Below, piece after piece: positions 18,415 through 29,712 of a stretch of DNA of 64,000 bases (its first letter is position 1; each line of letters opens with the position of its first letter). Origin of the DNA: an uncultured Lachnospiraceae bacterium (GTDB lineage: Bacteria > Bacillota > Clostridia > Lachnospirales > Lachnospiraceae); assembly GCA_944383265.1 (NCBI GenBank), contig CALWOX010000005.1:79863-143862 (forward strand), in the 5' to 3' direction. The translations under genes and the position numbers were made by a program. The notes beneath the pieces were generated by a model that was not told where the DNA came from, did not search any database, and worked only from the letters and a program-made list of their open reading frames with translations.

Positions 18415-19059
18415 ATGGAAGAGAAAAAAAATGAAAGTTCCAAAAAGGGACTGTCCGTTGTAGGCGTAATAATGCTGGCAATAGCTTTTGTTGTATTTTC
18501 AGGGGCTTTGACAGATGCGGAGGGACCACTGAAGGTTCTGGATTTTTCAAATTTGTTGGGTAATTTCGGAAGTATAAGTGATGGATCGAACTTCAGGGGA
18601 AGCGGAGGAAACAGCGCAAGAGAGGGATTTTTGTTTGCACTTACTCTTTGCCCTACAGTAATGACAGCTATGGGACTTATTCAGATATTTGAAAACTATG
18701 GAGCTCTGAAAGCTGCAGAAAAGCTTTTGACCCCTATAATGAAGCCCATATTGGGAATACCCGGACAGGCATCTCTTGCACTTGTGGGAAGCCTCAGCAG
18801 TTCGGATGCGGGTTCCGCAATGACAAGAGAGCTTTACGATGACGGCAAAATAACAGAGGATGAGAGAGATGTATTTACAGCATTCCAGTATTCTTCATCA
18901 GGAATAATCGTAAATTATTTCGGAGGGGCAAGCTCAATATTCGGCTCGATCACAGTTGGAGCGGGAGTACCGTTTGTATATCTTTTCATAATCAAGATAA
19001 TAGAAGCAAATCTCATGAGACTCATAATAAAGCTTGAAAAGAAAAAGGCTTCAAAGTAA
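18415..19059 (+). CDS. nucleoside-recognition (Gate) domain membrane protein, YjiH-like
   Basis: 214 aa from MEEKKNESSKKGLS, with multiple hydrophobic segments. I set the start at the ATG at 18415, which is preceded by AAGGAG. It is paired with a YjiG-like gene downstream. Confidence 0.7.
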   Translation: MEEKKNESSKKGLSVVGVIMLAIAFVVFSGALTDAEGPLKVLDFSNLLGNFGSISDGSNFRGSGGNSAREGFLFALTLCPTVMTAMGLIQIFENYGALKAAEKLLTPIMKPILGIPGQASLALVGSLSSSDAGSAMTRELYDDGKITEDERDVFTAFQYSSSGIIVNYFGGASSIFGSITVGAGVPFVYLFIIKIIEANLMRLIIKLEKKKASK

Positions 19060-19087
19060 AGCATTTATCGGGAAAGGAAGTATAGAT

Positions 19088-19588
19088 ATGGAACAGACTA
19101 CTGCTTTAAAAAAGGAAACAAAGTCGGAAAAAAGGAATATATTTGACAGCTTTCAGGATGGTACAAGAAAGGGCTGGGGAATATTTGTAAAAAGCATGCT
19201 TCCCAGTATCGTGATGGCATATACCTTTATATATATATTGGAAACGACAGGACTTATGGATCTGTTCTCGGACATATTCGCACCTGTTATGGGGATTTTC
19301 GGAATGCCGCCTATATCTATAGTATGTCTTGCAACTGTATTTTTCAGCAGAGCGGGAGGATGTGCCTTGGCAGCATCATTTGTTGCTGACGGATCTCTTA
19401 CACCCATGCAGGCCACGATATTGCTCCCTACAATGTTTCTTATAGGAGGAACCATAAATCAGTGGGTGAGAGTAATATCTGTATGCGGAACCAGATCATC
19501 AAGACAAAAGTACATTATCATAATGACTTGGATAATGGCATTTCTGTCACTCTGGGTAGGAAGATTTGTATTCCCGCTCTTTTCTTAG
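19088..19588 (+). CDS. nucleoside-recognition domain membrane protein, YjiG/SpmB-like
   Basis: 166 aa from MEQTTALKKE, membrane-spanning. I chose the start at the ATG preceded by GGAAAGGAAG. The track ORF began earlier and overlapped the upstream gene. Confidence 0.7.
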   Translation: MEQTTALKKETKSEKRNIFDSFQDGTRKGWGIFVKSMLPSIVMAYTFIYILETTGLMDLFSDIFAPVMGIFGMPPISIVCLATVFFSRAGGCALAASFVADGSLTPMQATILLPTMFLIGGTINQWVRVISVCGTRSSRQKYIIIMTWIMAFLSLWVGRFVFPLFS

Positions 19589-19644
19589 GAGAGGATATTC
19601 GGAATAGCCCGCGATTTTTCAAGATTATTATCAGGAGGTAAAAA

Positions 19645-21000
19645 ATGAAAAAAACTTTCGATTACATAGATCAAAATTTCGACAGCATGGTAGCAGAGCT
19701 TCAGGAATTTTGTAAAAGCCCAAGTGTTGCAGCTCAAAATCTTGGCATGAAGGAGACTGCCGAGATGCTTGTAAATATAATGAAAAATGCAGGTATAGAT
19801 GCAAGGATAGTGGATAATGAGGACGGCTTTCCTGTTGTATATGGAGAGGTAAAGGGAGAGGCAGACAAGACTATACTTATGTACAATCACTATGATGTAC
19901 AGCCGCCGGAGCCTATTGAAAAGTGGAAGTATCCACCCTTCGGAAGTGAGATACATGACGGACATCTTTATGTAAGAGGCTGTGCTGATGATAAGGGTAC
20001 ACTACTTTCGAGAGTGCAGGCTATAGGCGCAATATTAAAGACAGGTCATAAGCTTCCTGTAAATGTGAAATTCCTTGTTGAGGGAGAAGAGGAGATAGGA
20101 AGTCCGAGTTTTGAGAAATTCGTTCATAAGCATAAAGACCTCCTTAAGGCAGATGCCTGTCTGTGGGAAAACTCCGCAAAGGACGAGGATGATAACCCTG
20201 TGGTAAAGCTTGGCAATAAGGGAATGCTTTACTGTGAGCTCCATGTAAAGACGGGGAATACAGATGTGCATTCCATGAACGCTCCTGTAGTGCCGAGTGC
20301 CGCTTGGGAGCTTGTGGAGGCTCTCAAATCTCTCAGAGATGAGACAGGAAAAGTACTTATAGACGGCTTTTATGATGATGTTCTTCCTGTATGCGCTGAG
20401 GAAGAGGAAGCTTGGAAGAAGGTTCCTTCACCTGAGAAGGGACTTAAAAAGAGACTGGGAATAGATAAATTTGTAAATGACGCTACAGGAGATAAGGTAA
20501 ATATAGCCTTATATACAGAGCCTTCATGCAATATTTGCGGAATGAGCTCGGGATACACAGGCGAAGGACAAAAGACCGTAACACCGTGCACAGCATCGGC
20601 GAAGCTTGATTTCAGACTTGTAGTGGCACAGGATCCGATGAAGATATATGAGCTTTTGAGAAAACACCTTGATAAGCATGGCTTTGAAAATATTGAACTC
20701 AGCCTTACAAGTGCTGCGGCTCCTGCAAAGACATCTGTAAATGAAAAGTTTGTAAAGGTTATAGAGAGAGCGGCAGCTGATGTATATGATAAGCCTTTGG
20801 TCGTTCTCCCCACTGCGGCGGGAACAGGCCCGAGAGACGTATTTGCATACTCCGGAATGCCCATTGCAGGTATAGGATGCGGATATGCCGGACTTTTACA
20901 GCATGCTCCGAATGAAAATATAAGACTTGAGGACTATAAGGAAGCTGTAAAGCATGTGGCCGCTCTTTTATTCAGAGCAAAGGATGAGGATATAGTATAA
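19645..21000 (+). CDS. M20 family metallopeptidase (dipeptidase/deacylase-like)
   Basis: 451 aa. The M20 metal-site motifs are MYNHYDVQPP, GCADDKG and EGEEEIGS. An AGGAGG RBS precedes the start. Confidence 0.88.
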   Translation: MKKTFDYIDQNFDSMVAELQEFCKSPSVAAQNLGMKETAEMLVNIMKNAGIDARIVDNEDGFPVVYGEVKGEADKTILMYNHYDVQPPEPIEKWKYPPFGSEIHDGHLYVRGCADDKGTLLSRVQAIGAILKTGHKLPVNVKFLVEGEEEIGSPSFEKFVHKHKDLLKADACLWENSAKDEDDNPVVKLGNKGMLYCELHVKTGNTDVHSMNAPVVPSAAWELVEALKSLRDETGKVLIDGFYDDVLPVCAEEEEAWKKVPSPEKGLKKRLGIDKFVNDATGDKVNIALYTEPSCNICGMSSGYTGEGQKTVTPCTASAKLDFRLVVAQDPMKIYELLRKHLDKHGFENIELSLTSAAAPAKTSVNEKFVKVIERAAADVYDKPLVVLPTAAGTGPRDVFAYSGMPIAGIGCGYAGLLQHAPNENIRLEDYKEAVKHVAALLFRAKDEDIV

Positions 21001-21065
21001 ATATTCCGGGGAAATAAAAGCTTTTTAAAAATCATTATAAAAATATTTTGAAAAGGAGAAAGCAT

Positions 21066-22268
21066 ATGTCAAGCGTAGCATACAACAAAATAACAGAAAA
21101 GATCGATTCAGTAAGCGATGAGCTTAAGGCTCTTGCACTTTCACTTCATGAGCATCCTGAACTCTCATTTCATGAGTTTTTTGCCTGTGAGAATCTTTCA
21201 AAGATACTGGAAAAATACGGATATAAGGTTAAGACAGGCGTTGCCGGGCTTGAAACAGCATTTATCGGTGAAATGAAAGGAAAGGCCGACGGACCTACGG
21301 TGGCAATTCTTGCCGAATATGATGCTCTCCCTATGGGACATGCATGTGGACATAACCTTATAGCAACAATGTCGGTCGGAGCCGCGATCGGTATAGCCGA
21401 GGTGATGAAGGATATCTGTGGAAGAGTGCTTGTGGTAGGAACTCCTGCAGAGGAAGGCGGCGGAGGAAAGGTCATTATGTGCGACAAGGGAATATTTGAC
21501 GACGTGGACTTTGCCATGATGATACATCCTCATAAGAGAAATCTTATTCAGAGAGGCGGTCTTGCGGTTAAGCATGTAAAGATAGAATACTTCGGAAAGC
21601 CCGCTCACGGCACAAGGCCCGAGGAGGGAATAAATGCCTTAAGCTCTGTGATTCACACCTTTAATTTCATGGATGCTCAGAGGGCTCTGCTTCCCTTCAA
21701 GTCTAATGTTAACGGATACATAATTGAGGGAGGAAAGGCCAGCAATATAATTCCTGAGTATGCTTCATGTGAATTCTGCATAAGGGGCGACATTGTAAAG
21801 GATCTTCTGGTAGTCGAGGATGCATTGAACAGAGCTATTAAGACCGCAAACACATTGTTCGGAACGACCTCGAAAGCCGAATCAGGACTTATGTATACAG
21901 AGAGATATTCAAATAGGCTTATGGATGAGACATACAAAAAGCATATGGAGGCCATGGGAGAGGTCGTTGAATATCCTGAGCCCAACATGAAATACGGCTC
22001 CTCGGATATAGGAAATGTAAGCCTCGAGGTACCTACCATTCAGCCTTACTTGAAGATAACCGAGGCCGACACTCATACCCATGAATTTGAGAAAGCTACG
22101 AAATCAGAGAGAGCACTTAATCAGGCGATAAAGGGAGCCAAAGCTCTGGCACTTACAGCCTATGACATTTTTGAGTCTCCTGAGCTTCAGAAGGAAATAA
22201 AGGAAGAATTCAAGGCTAAGGTTCCCAAATATACAAGGGAGCAGCTCGGATATCATTCTGAGAAATAG
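21066..22268 (+). CDS. M20D family amidohydrolase (N-acyl-amino-acid / aminobenzoyl-glutamate hydrolase-like)
   Basis: Motifs HPELSFHEF, EYDALPMGHACGHN and GTPAEEGGGGK. I set the start at the ATG at 21066, downstream of AAAGGAGAA. The track used an upstream TTG. Confidence 0.88.
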   Translation: MSSVAYNKITEKIDSVSDELKALALSLHEHPELSFHEFFACENLSKILEKYGYKVKTGVAGLETAFIGEMKGKADGPTVAILAEYDALPMGHACGHNLIATMSVGAAIGIAEVMKDICGRVLVVGTPAEEGGGGKVIMCDKGIFDDVDFAMMIHPHKRNLIQRGGLAVKHVKIEYFGKPAHGTRPEEGINALSSVIHTFNFMDAQRALLPFKSNVNGYIIEGGKASNIIPEYASCEFCIRGDIVKDLLVVEDALNRAIKTANTLFGTTSKAESGLMYTERYSNRLMDETYKKHMEAMGEVVEYPEPNMKYGSSDIGNVSLEVPTIQPYLKITEADTHTHEFEKATKSERALNQAIKGAKALALTAYDIFESPELQKEIKEEFKAKVPKYTREQLGYHSEK

Positions 22269-22328
22269 AACCGACACAGTTTATTTTGCTTAATATAAAA
22301 GCAGGCGTTTTAAGGATAGGGGACAGGT

Positions 22329-23729
22329 ATGAAAGAAACAAAAAAGCTGAAACTTGCGATGCCACACTCGCTGGTCATTATAGTAATGATAATGATAACA
22401 GCCATAATACTTACTTGGATAATTCCTGCAGGTTCATTTGACCGATATGAGAACAGCCTTGGAGTTACGGTGATCGATCCTGACTCTTTTAAATATGTAA
22501 ATGCAAATTTTGAGAGCTTTTTGGATATACCGAATTTTATGATAGACGGTTATCTTGACTCTGTGGATCTGATACTTATGATACTGTTTTCGGGAGGAGC
22601 ATTTGATGTTGTGACTTCGTCAGGTGCTTTACATGCAGCTGTATCAAAAATGTCAAGGTTTTTTGCAGGAAGGCAAAAGTACTTTATTTTAGGTGTGATG
22701 CTGTTTTTCGCTCTTCTGAGTACTACTATAGGAGTAAATACTTTTATAGGATTTGCACCTGTAATGGTAATGTTTGCATTGTCCATGGGATATGATTCTA
22801 TAGTTGGAGTTTCGCTGATACTTCTCGGAGGTGCTATAGGATTCTCTACGGGAATGCTTAATCTGAATACTACCATAGTCTCTCAGAGGATAGCGGAGCT
22901 CCCGCTTTACTCAGGTATAGGATACAGATTTTTCTGCTTCGTCATATATTTCATCGTGACCGCCGCATGGCTGCTTGGATATGCGGCAAAAATAAAAAAG
23001 GATCCTGAAAAAAGTCCTATGTACGATTTGGATTTAAGGACAAAGGAGCTTATAGTCGAGGAAAGCGGGGATGACCGCATGACTCTAAGACACTGGCTGG
23101 TGATAGTCACTCTTTTCGGGGCCTTGGCAGTGATAGTATACGGAGGAGTAAAATGGGGATGGGCTCTGACAGACAGCACAGCGGTATTCATATGGCTTGG
23201 TATAATAGCCGGAATATGTGCAGGTTTTTCTCCGAATAAAATAGCTTCATGTTTTGTTCAGGGAGCAAAGCGTATGATAGGAGCGGCATTGATACTCGGC
23301 ATGGCAAGAAGTATCTCGATAATTCTTTCATCAGGCGGAGTACTTGATACTATTGTCTACGCAATAAGCAGAGTTATGTACTATGTTCCCGGCTTTCTTC
23401 AGGGTCCTGTAATGTTTATTGCCAATCTGGTCATAAATACCTTCATTGTGTCAGGAAGCGGTCAGGCGGCAGTTGTAATGCCTGTATTTATACCCGTTGC
23501 CGATATAGTGGGGATCACAAGGCAGACAGCTATCTTGGCTTATAATTTCGGAGACGGATTCGGAAATTATATAATACCTATGTCCACAGCGCTTATGGGA
23601 AATCTCGGAGCGGTAAATATACCCTATGAAAGATGGATGAAGTTTATGTGGAAGCTTTTCATCATTTGGGTAATAACAGGAAGCGTATTGCTTGCAGGCG
23701 CGCAGATCATAAACTACGGCCCTATGTAA
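22329..23729 (+). CDS. YfcC family membrane transporter (DcuC/ArcD-like putative amino-acid/peptide carrier)
   Basis: 466 aa, polytopic. The YfcC-like N-terminus is KLKLAMPHSLVIIVMIMITAIILTWIIPAGSFDR. Confidence 0.82.
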   Translation: MKETKKLKLAMPHSLVIIVMIMITAIILTWIIPAGSFDRYENSLGVTVIDPDSFKYVNANFESFLDIPNFMIDGYLDSVDLILMILFSGGAFDVVTSSGALHAAVSKMSRFFAGRQKYFILGVMLFFALLSTTIGVNTFIGFAPVMVMFALSMGYDSIVGVSLILLGGAIGFSTGMLNLNTTIVSQRIAELPLYSGIGYRFFCFVIYFIVTAAWLLGYAAKIKKDPEKSPMYDLDLRTKELIVEESGDDRMTLRHWLVIVTLFGALAVIVYGGVKWGWALTDSTAVFIWLGIIAGICAGFSPNKIASCFVQGAKRMIGAALILGMARSISIILSSGGVLDTIVYAISRVMYYVPGFLQGPVMFIANLVINTFIVSGSGQAAVVMPVFIPVADIVGITRQTAILAYNFGDGFGNYIIPMSTALMGNLGAVNIPYERWMKFMWKLFIIWVITGSVLLAGAQIINYGPM

Positions 23730-23759
23730 AAAAACGAAAAACAAAGGCGACTATAAAAG

Positions 23760-23804
23760 GAACACTCCTGTCTTATCACGATAGCGGATAGGACAGGGGT
23801 GTTC
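23760..23804 (+). terminator. intrinsic terminator after the YfcC-family gene
   Basis: 18-bp stem GAACACTCCTGTCTTATC / GATAGGACAGGGGTGTTC with two G-U pairs, followed by TTATCGTTT. Confidence 0.7.
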
Positions 23805-23938
23805 TTATCGTTTGAATATATTTACTCTTTATATTTATTGATTATACATGTATAATTTATAAGCGGAAAACAATTTGAAAATTCGCAAAACTTCAGCTTG
23901 AGAGGCTGCGGATTCAAATACGGAAAAGAGGAAACATA

Positions 23939-24502
23939 ATGCTTATACTTGCTTCGGGCTCTCCCAGAAGGATGGAGCTCATGGAAAAGCTTCATATTCC
24001 CTTTAAGGTCGAGGTCTCAGGAAATGAGGAGATAATACCTGAGGGGATTGAACCTGAGAAGCTTCCTGAATACCTTGCCATTGAAAAGGCCAAGGATGTG
24101 TTTAAAAAGCATGAAGGTGAAGGTGCTGTTGTAATAGGCTCGGATACTATAGTTCTTTGCAATGGAAAGATACTCGGAAAGCCCCACAGCAGAGAGGAAG
24201 CCATAGAAATGCTTAAAGGCCTTTCGGGAAGGACTCATGAGGTGGTTACAGGAGTGGGCATCATATCGGATGCCGGGTCGCACAGCTTTACCGATACATG
24301 CGAGGTGGAGTTTTATCCGCTCAAGGATGAGGAGATAGAGCGCTATGTGGATTCAGGCGAGCCTATGGACAAGGCGGGAGCCTACGGAATACAGGGCGAC
24401 GGAGCTCTTCTTGTAAAAGGGATACGCGGAGACTATTACACTGTAATGGGGCTTCCCGTGGCAAGGCTTTACAGAGTGCTTTCGGAGCTGAAAATGATAT
24501 AA
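23939..24502 (+). CDS. maf: Maf family nucleoside-triphosphate pyrophosphatase
   Basis: 187 aa. It has LILASGSPRR at the N-terminus, GSDT, and KAGAYGIQG near the C-terminus. Confidence 0.9.
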   Translation: MLILASGSPRRMELMEKLHIPFKVEVSGNEEIIPEGIEPEKLPEYLAIEKAKDVFKKHEGEGAVVIGSDTIVLCNGKILGKPHSREEAIEMLKGLSGRTHEVVTGVGIISDAGSHSFTDTCEVEFYPLKDEEIERYVDSGEPMDKAGAYGIQGDGALLVKGIRGDYYTVMGLPVARLYRVLSELKMI

Positions 24503-24612
24503 TGATATAAAGAAATATAAAACATTTGCACAAAATACCCGGTGAAATGCCGGTGACAGCTGAAATATCCAAGACTGATAAAAACTTAAAGACAGCATAA
24601 AGGAGGAGAGAG

Positions 24613-26007
24613 ATGACAAAGATTTCTGAGGGAAAAAAGCTTGAAAAGGAGCTTGCCTTTTCTTTCAAAAATATCGCAAAGGAGGAGCCCGAAAAGCTCA
24701 AGGATGCGATAAAGTTTTGCGAGGGCTATAAGGAGTTCCTCAACAAGGGAAAGACGGAAAGAGAGTGTGCTTCTTACACGGAAAAGCTTTTGAAGGACGC
24801 CGGATATAAGCCCTTTGAGCCTGATATGAGCCTTTCTGCGGGAGACAAGGTATACTATGTGAACAGAGGAAAGGGTATTATCGCCTCAACTATAGGAAAG
24901 AAGGCTCTCACAGAGGGCGTGAGATTCAATATAGCTCACATAGATTCACCGAGGCTTGATTTAAAGCCCAATCCCATGTATGAGAAGGAGGAGATAGCTT
25001 ACCTCAAGACCCATTATTATGGCGGAATAAGGAAGTATCAGTGGGCGACGATCCCTCTTTCGATGCACGGAGTCGTTTATCTTAAAAACGGAGAGAAGGT
25101 AGAGCTTTCTATAGGAGAGAAGGAGTCCGACACAAGATTTGTCATAACAGATCTTCTGCCTCACCTTTCCGCAAAGCAAAACGAGAGACCCTTAAAGGAC
25201 GGAATAAAGGGCGAGGAATTAAATATCGTCATAGGCTCTGTCCCCTATGCTGACGATGATGTGAAGAATGCTTACAAGCTCATGGCATTAAAGCTTATGA
25301 ATGAGGAGTACGGAATCACAGAATCTGACTTTATGAGAGCAGAGATAGAGATGGTTCCCTCAGTCAAGGCAACGGATATAGGCTTTGACCGCTCTATGAT
25401 AGGAGCTTACGGACAGGATGACAGAGTTTGTGCATATACTGCTGTTATGGCTGAAATAAAGACAAAATCTCCGGAACATACGACTGTAACCGTATTGACA
25501 GACAAGGAAGAGATAGGCTCCGAGGGAAATACCGGAATGGCGTCAGAATTCCTTCATCATTATATGGAGGACCTTTGTGATATTTTCGGGGTCAAGGTAA
25601 GAAATGTATACAGAAGATCAACATGCCTTTCAAGCGATGTAAACGCGGCCTACGATCCCACTTTTTCTGATGTGTTCGAGCCTGCAAACGCAAGCTTCAT
25701 AAATCACGGGCCTGTAATAACCAAATACACAGGCGCAAGAGGAAAGTCGGGAAGCAACGATGCTTCGGCTGAGACCATGGCTGCTGTCATAAAGATAATG
25801 GATGACAACAAGGTATATTGGCAGATAGGAGAGCTTGGAAAGGTCGATGAGGGAGGCGGAGGAACCATAGCCCTCTTTATGGGAAACAAGGACGTGGACA
25901 CAGTTGATGTGGGAGTGCCTGTCCTTGCTATGCATGCTCCGTTTGAGATAACCTCAAAGCTTGATGTGTTCTATACATATAAGGCATTCAGGGCGTTTTA
26001 TAAGTAA
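24613..26007 (+). CDS. M18 family aminopeptidase
   Basis: 464 aa. Motifs AHIDSPRLDLKP, GAYGQDDRVC, DKEEIGSEG and LAMHAPFE. An AGGAGG RBS precedes the start. Confidence 0.88.
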   Translation: MTKISEGKKLEKELAFSFKNIAKEEPEKLKDAIKFCEGYKEFLNKGKTERECASYTEKLLKDAGYKPFEPDMSLSAGDKVYYVNRGKGIIASTIGKKALTEGVRFNIAHIDSPRLDLKPNPMYEKEEIAYLKTHYYGGIRKYQWATIPLSMHGVVYLKNGEKVELSIGEKESDTRFVITDLLPHLSAKQNERPLKDGIKGEELNIVIGSVPYADDDVKNAYKLMALKLMNEEYGITESDFMRAEIEMVPSVKATDIGFDRSMIGAYGQDDRVCAYTAVMAEIKTKSPEHTTVTVLTDKEEIGSEGNTGMASEFLHHYMEDLCDIFGVKVRNVYRRSTCLSSDVNAAYDPTFSDVFEPANASFINHGPVITKYTGARGKSGSNDASAETMAAVIKIMDDNKVYWQIGELGKVDEGGGGTIALFMGNKDVDTVDVGVPVLAMHAPFEITSKLDVFYTYKAFRAFYK

Positions 26008-26028
26008 AAAAAGAAAATATAATTTTTC

Positions 26029-26057
26029 TTGCACACTTTAATACGGCAGTGTATAAT
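26029..26057 (+). promoter_or_regulatory. sigma-70-like promoter for gdhA
   Basis: TTGCAC (26029-26034), 17 nt, TATAAT (26052-26057). Confidence 0.55.
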
Positions 26058-26115
26058 GTTAAAAGTCCCCTGTGTGCGGACAAAATGATTTGACAGAAAT
26101 ACATTTATGATTTAA

Positions 26116-27462
<1,347 letters not shown>

Positions 27463-27487
27463 AGACGGAGAATACGGAGAGACAGCT

Positions 27488-28960
27488 TTGGAGAGAGAAA
27501 AGTTCAAATCACGCTTAGGCTTCATTTTTGTCAGCGCGGGATGTGCCATAGGCCTCGGCAATGTGTGGAAGTTCCCATATATGGCGGGAAAATACGGAGG
27601 AGCCATATTTATACTTTTTTACCTTTTGTTTCTTTTGATACTTGCGACTCCCATCATGGTATGCGAGTTTGCGGTGGGAAGGGCGTCAAGGAGATCCACG
27701 GCGAGATCTTTTGACATACTGGAGCCCGAGGGAACAAAGTGGCACAGGCTGAAGTGGCTCGGCATTGCGGGAAACTATCTTTTGATGATGTTTTACTCCA
27801 CTGTTGCGGCCTGGTGCATCTACTATGCGGTTAGCTCAGGAATGGGAGCATTTCAGGGAGCGGATTCCGAGGCTGTAAGCTTATTTTACAGTGACATGAC
27901 GGGAAGCCTCGGTACCATGCTTATTTGGACGTGGATAGTTGTGATATTGGGCTTTTTGATCTGCGGAAGGGGACTTCAGAACGGAGTGGAAAAGGCCTCC
28001 ACCTTTATGATGTCAGGCCTTCTTGTGATAATGGTCCTCCTTGCCTTTTACTCGGTCTTTTTCCTTGAGGGGGCAGAGGAGGGAGTGGCCTTCTATCTTA
28101 TGCCTGACCTTGAAAAGGTAAGAGAGGTAGGCCTTTGGAACATTATATACGGGGCCATGAGCCAGTCCTTTTTTACACTTTCTGTAGGAATGGGAGGAAT
28201 GTCCATCTTCGGAAGCTATATGAAAAAGGAGCAGTCCCTTGCAGGGGAGGCGGTGCTGATATCGGGGCTTGATACCTTTGTTGCGGTGACGGCGGGACTT
28301 ATCATAATACCTGCATGCTTTGCCTTCAATATAGAGCCTACCTCAGGCCCGCCGCTGATATTCATTACCCTTCCGAATATTTTCGCAAAGCTTCCTATGG
28401 GAAGGATACTCGGAACATTATTTTTTATTTTCCTTTCCTTTGCGGCATTTACGACCATAATAGGAGTATATGAAAATATAATCTCCTACGGCATGGATCT
28501 CTTCGGATTTTCCAGAAAGAAATCCACGTTAATAAATGCGGCTTTGATGGCGGTATTGGTCCTGCCCTGTGTCCTCGGATTTAACCTGCTTAACGGGTTT
28601 CAGCCTCTGGGAGCGGGAAGCAACATTATGGACACGGAGGACTTCCTTGTCAGCAATAACCTCCTTCCTCTGGGCGCTATGGTATTTGTCCTTTTCTGCA
28701 CCTCAAAGCAGGGATGGGGATATGCCGCTTTTATAAGGGAGGCTGATGAAGGAAAAGGACTGAAATTCCCCAAAAAGGCATTTTTCTACCTTGCCTACTG
28801 TGTGCCCTTCATAATATCCGCCATATATCTGAAGGGATATTATGATATGTTCGTATCAAAGGGCAGGGAGCTGTTTATATTTTGGATGTGCGTAGCCGTC
28901 GCCTTCCTTATATTTATTTTTGTTTCAAGCGGTGTATTTAAAAGAAAAAATGACAGGTGA
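27488..28960 (+). CDS. sodium-dependent transporter, SNF (neurotransmitter:sodium symporter) family
   Basis: 490 aa, polytopic, with the SNF signature GFIFVSAGCAIGLGNVWKFPYMAGKYGG. The start is TTG, preceded by GGAGAG. Confidence 0.9.
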   Translation: MEREKFKSRLGFIFVSAGCAIGLGNVWKFPYMAGKYGGAIFILFYLLFLLILATPIMVCEFAVGRASRRSTARSFDILEPEGTKWHRLKWLGIAGNYLLMMFYSTVAAWCIYYAVSSGMGAFQGADSEAVSLFYSDMTGSLGTMLIWTWIVVILGFLICGRGLQNGVEKASTFMMSGLLVIMVLLAFYSVFFLEGAEEGVAFYLMPDLEKVREVGLWNIIYGAMSQSFFTLSVGMGGMSIFGSYMKKEQSLAGEAVLISGLDTFVAVTAGLIIIPACFAFNIEPTSGPPLIFITLPNIFAKLPMGRILGTLFFIFLSFAAFTTIIGVYENIISYGMDLFGFSRKKSTLINAALMAVLVLPCVLGFNLLNGFQPLGAGSNIMDTEDFLVSNNLLPLGAMVFVLFCTSKQGWGYAAFIREADEGKGLKFPKKAFFYLAYCVPFIISAIYLKGYYDMFVSKGRELFIFWMCVAVAFLIFIFVSSGVFKRKNDR

Positions 28961-28983
28961 CTTTGACGTCACGGGACTTTAAG

Positions 28984-29031
28984 GACAATAAGTTTATCGT
29001 ATAGAGCATGATATGCGGTAAACTTATTGTC
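28984..29031 (+). terminator. hairpin after the SNF transporter gene
   Basis: GACAATAAGTTTA..CG / CG..TAAACTTATTGTC, a stem of at least 13 bp. It lacks a clean T-run (TATAAGAAT). Confidence 0.55.
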
Positions 29032-29065
29032 TATAAGAATCTCATAACTTACAGGGAGGTGTGAT

Positions 29066-29710
29066 TTGTCTGTTAAAAATATAGTTTTTGACATGGGAAA
29101 TGTGCTTATAGACTACGACCCCAATTATGTTCTTGACTTTCACAGTGACAATGAGGAGGACAAAAAGGAAGTATATTCAAAGCTTTTCGACTCCTATGCA
29201 TGGGTGCATACCGATCTTGGGATCTTGAGTGATGAGGAGATACTTAATAAGGCTTTAAAGGGGATAAAGAGCGAGAGTGCAAAAAAGCTATGCAGGGAAT
29301 GCTTTTGTGACTGGAAGGAGCATAACCTCATAAGAAAGCCTGATATGGAGAGGCTTTGTATGAAGCTTAAGGAAAGCGGAATGAAGCTTTACATACTTTC
29401 GAATGCGGCGAAAGTATGCAGAGAAGCCCTTAAAAACAGTCTTTCCTGCTATGATGAATTTTCGGGAATGCTTTTTTCTGCGGAAGTAAAGTGCATAAAG
29501 CCCCAGAGCTTTATCTACGAGAAGTTTTTTGATATGTTCGGACTTTCGCCTGATGAATGCCTTTTTATAGACGATCTTCCTGAAAATATAAGAGCGGGAG
29601 AGGAGCTTGGCATGAGGGGCTATGTCTTTGACGGAGACAGTGAAAGGCTCGAGAAATTTTTATATGAAAATATAATTCCATGTGATAATATGGAATCAAA
29701 GAGGAGATGA
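29066..29710 (+). CDS. HAD family hydrolase
   Basis: 214 aa. HAD motif I is IVFDMGNVL and the distal motif is LFIDDLPENI. The start is TTG, preceded by GGGAGG. Confidence 0.8.
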   Translation: MSVKNIVFDMGNVLIDYDPNYVLDFHSDNEEDKKEVYSKLFDSYAWVHTDLGILSDEEILNKALKGIKSESAKKLCRECFCDWKEHNLIRKPDMERLCMKLKESGMKLYILSNAAKVCREALKNSLSCYDEFSGMLFSAEVKCIKPQSFIYEKFFDMFGLSPDECLFIDDLPENIRAGEELGMRGYVFDGDSERLEKFLYENIIPCDNMESKRR

Positions 29711-29712
29711 CT

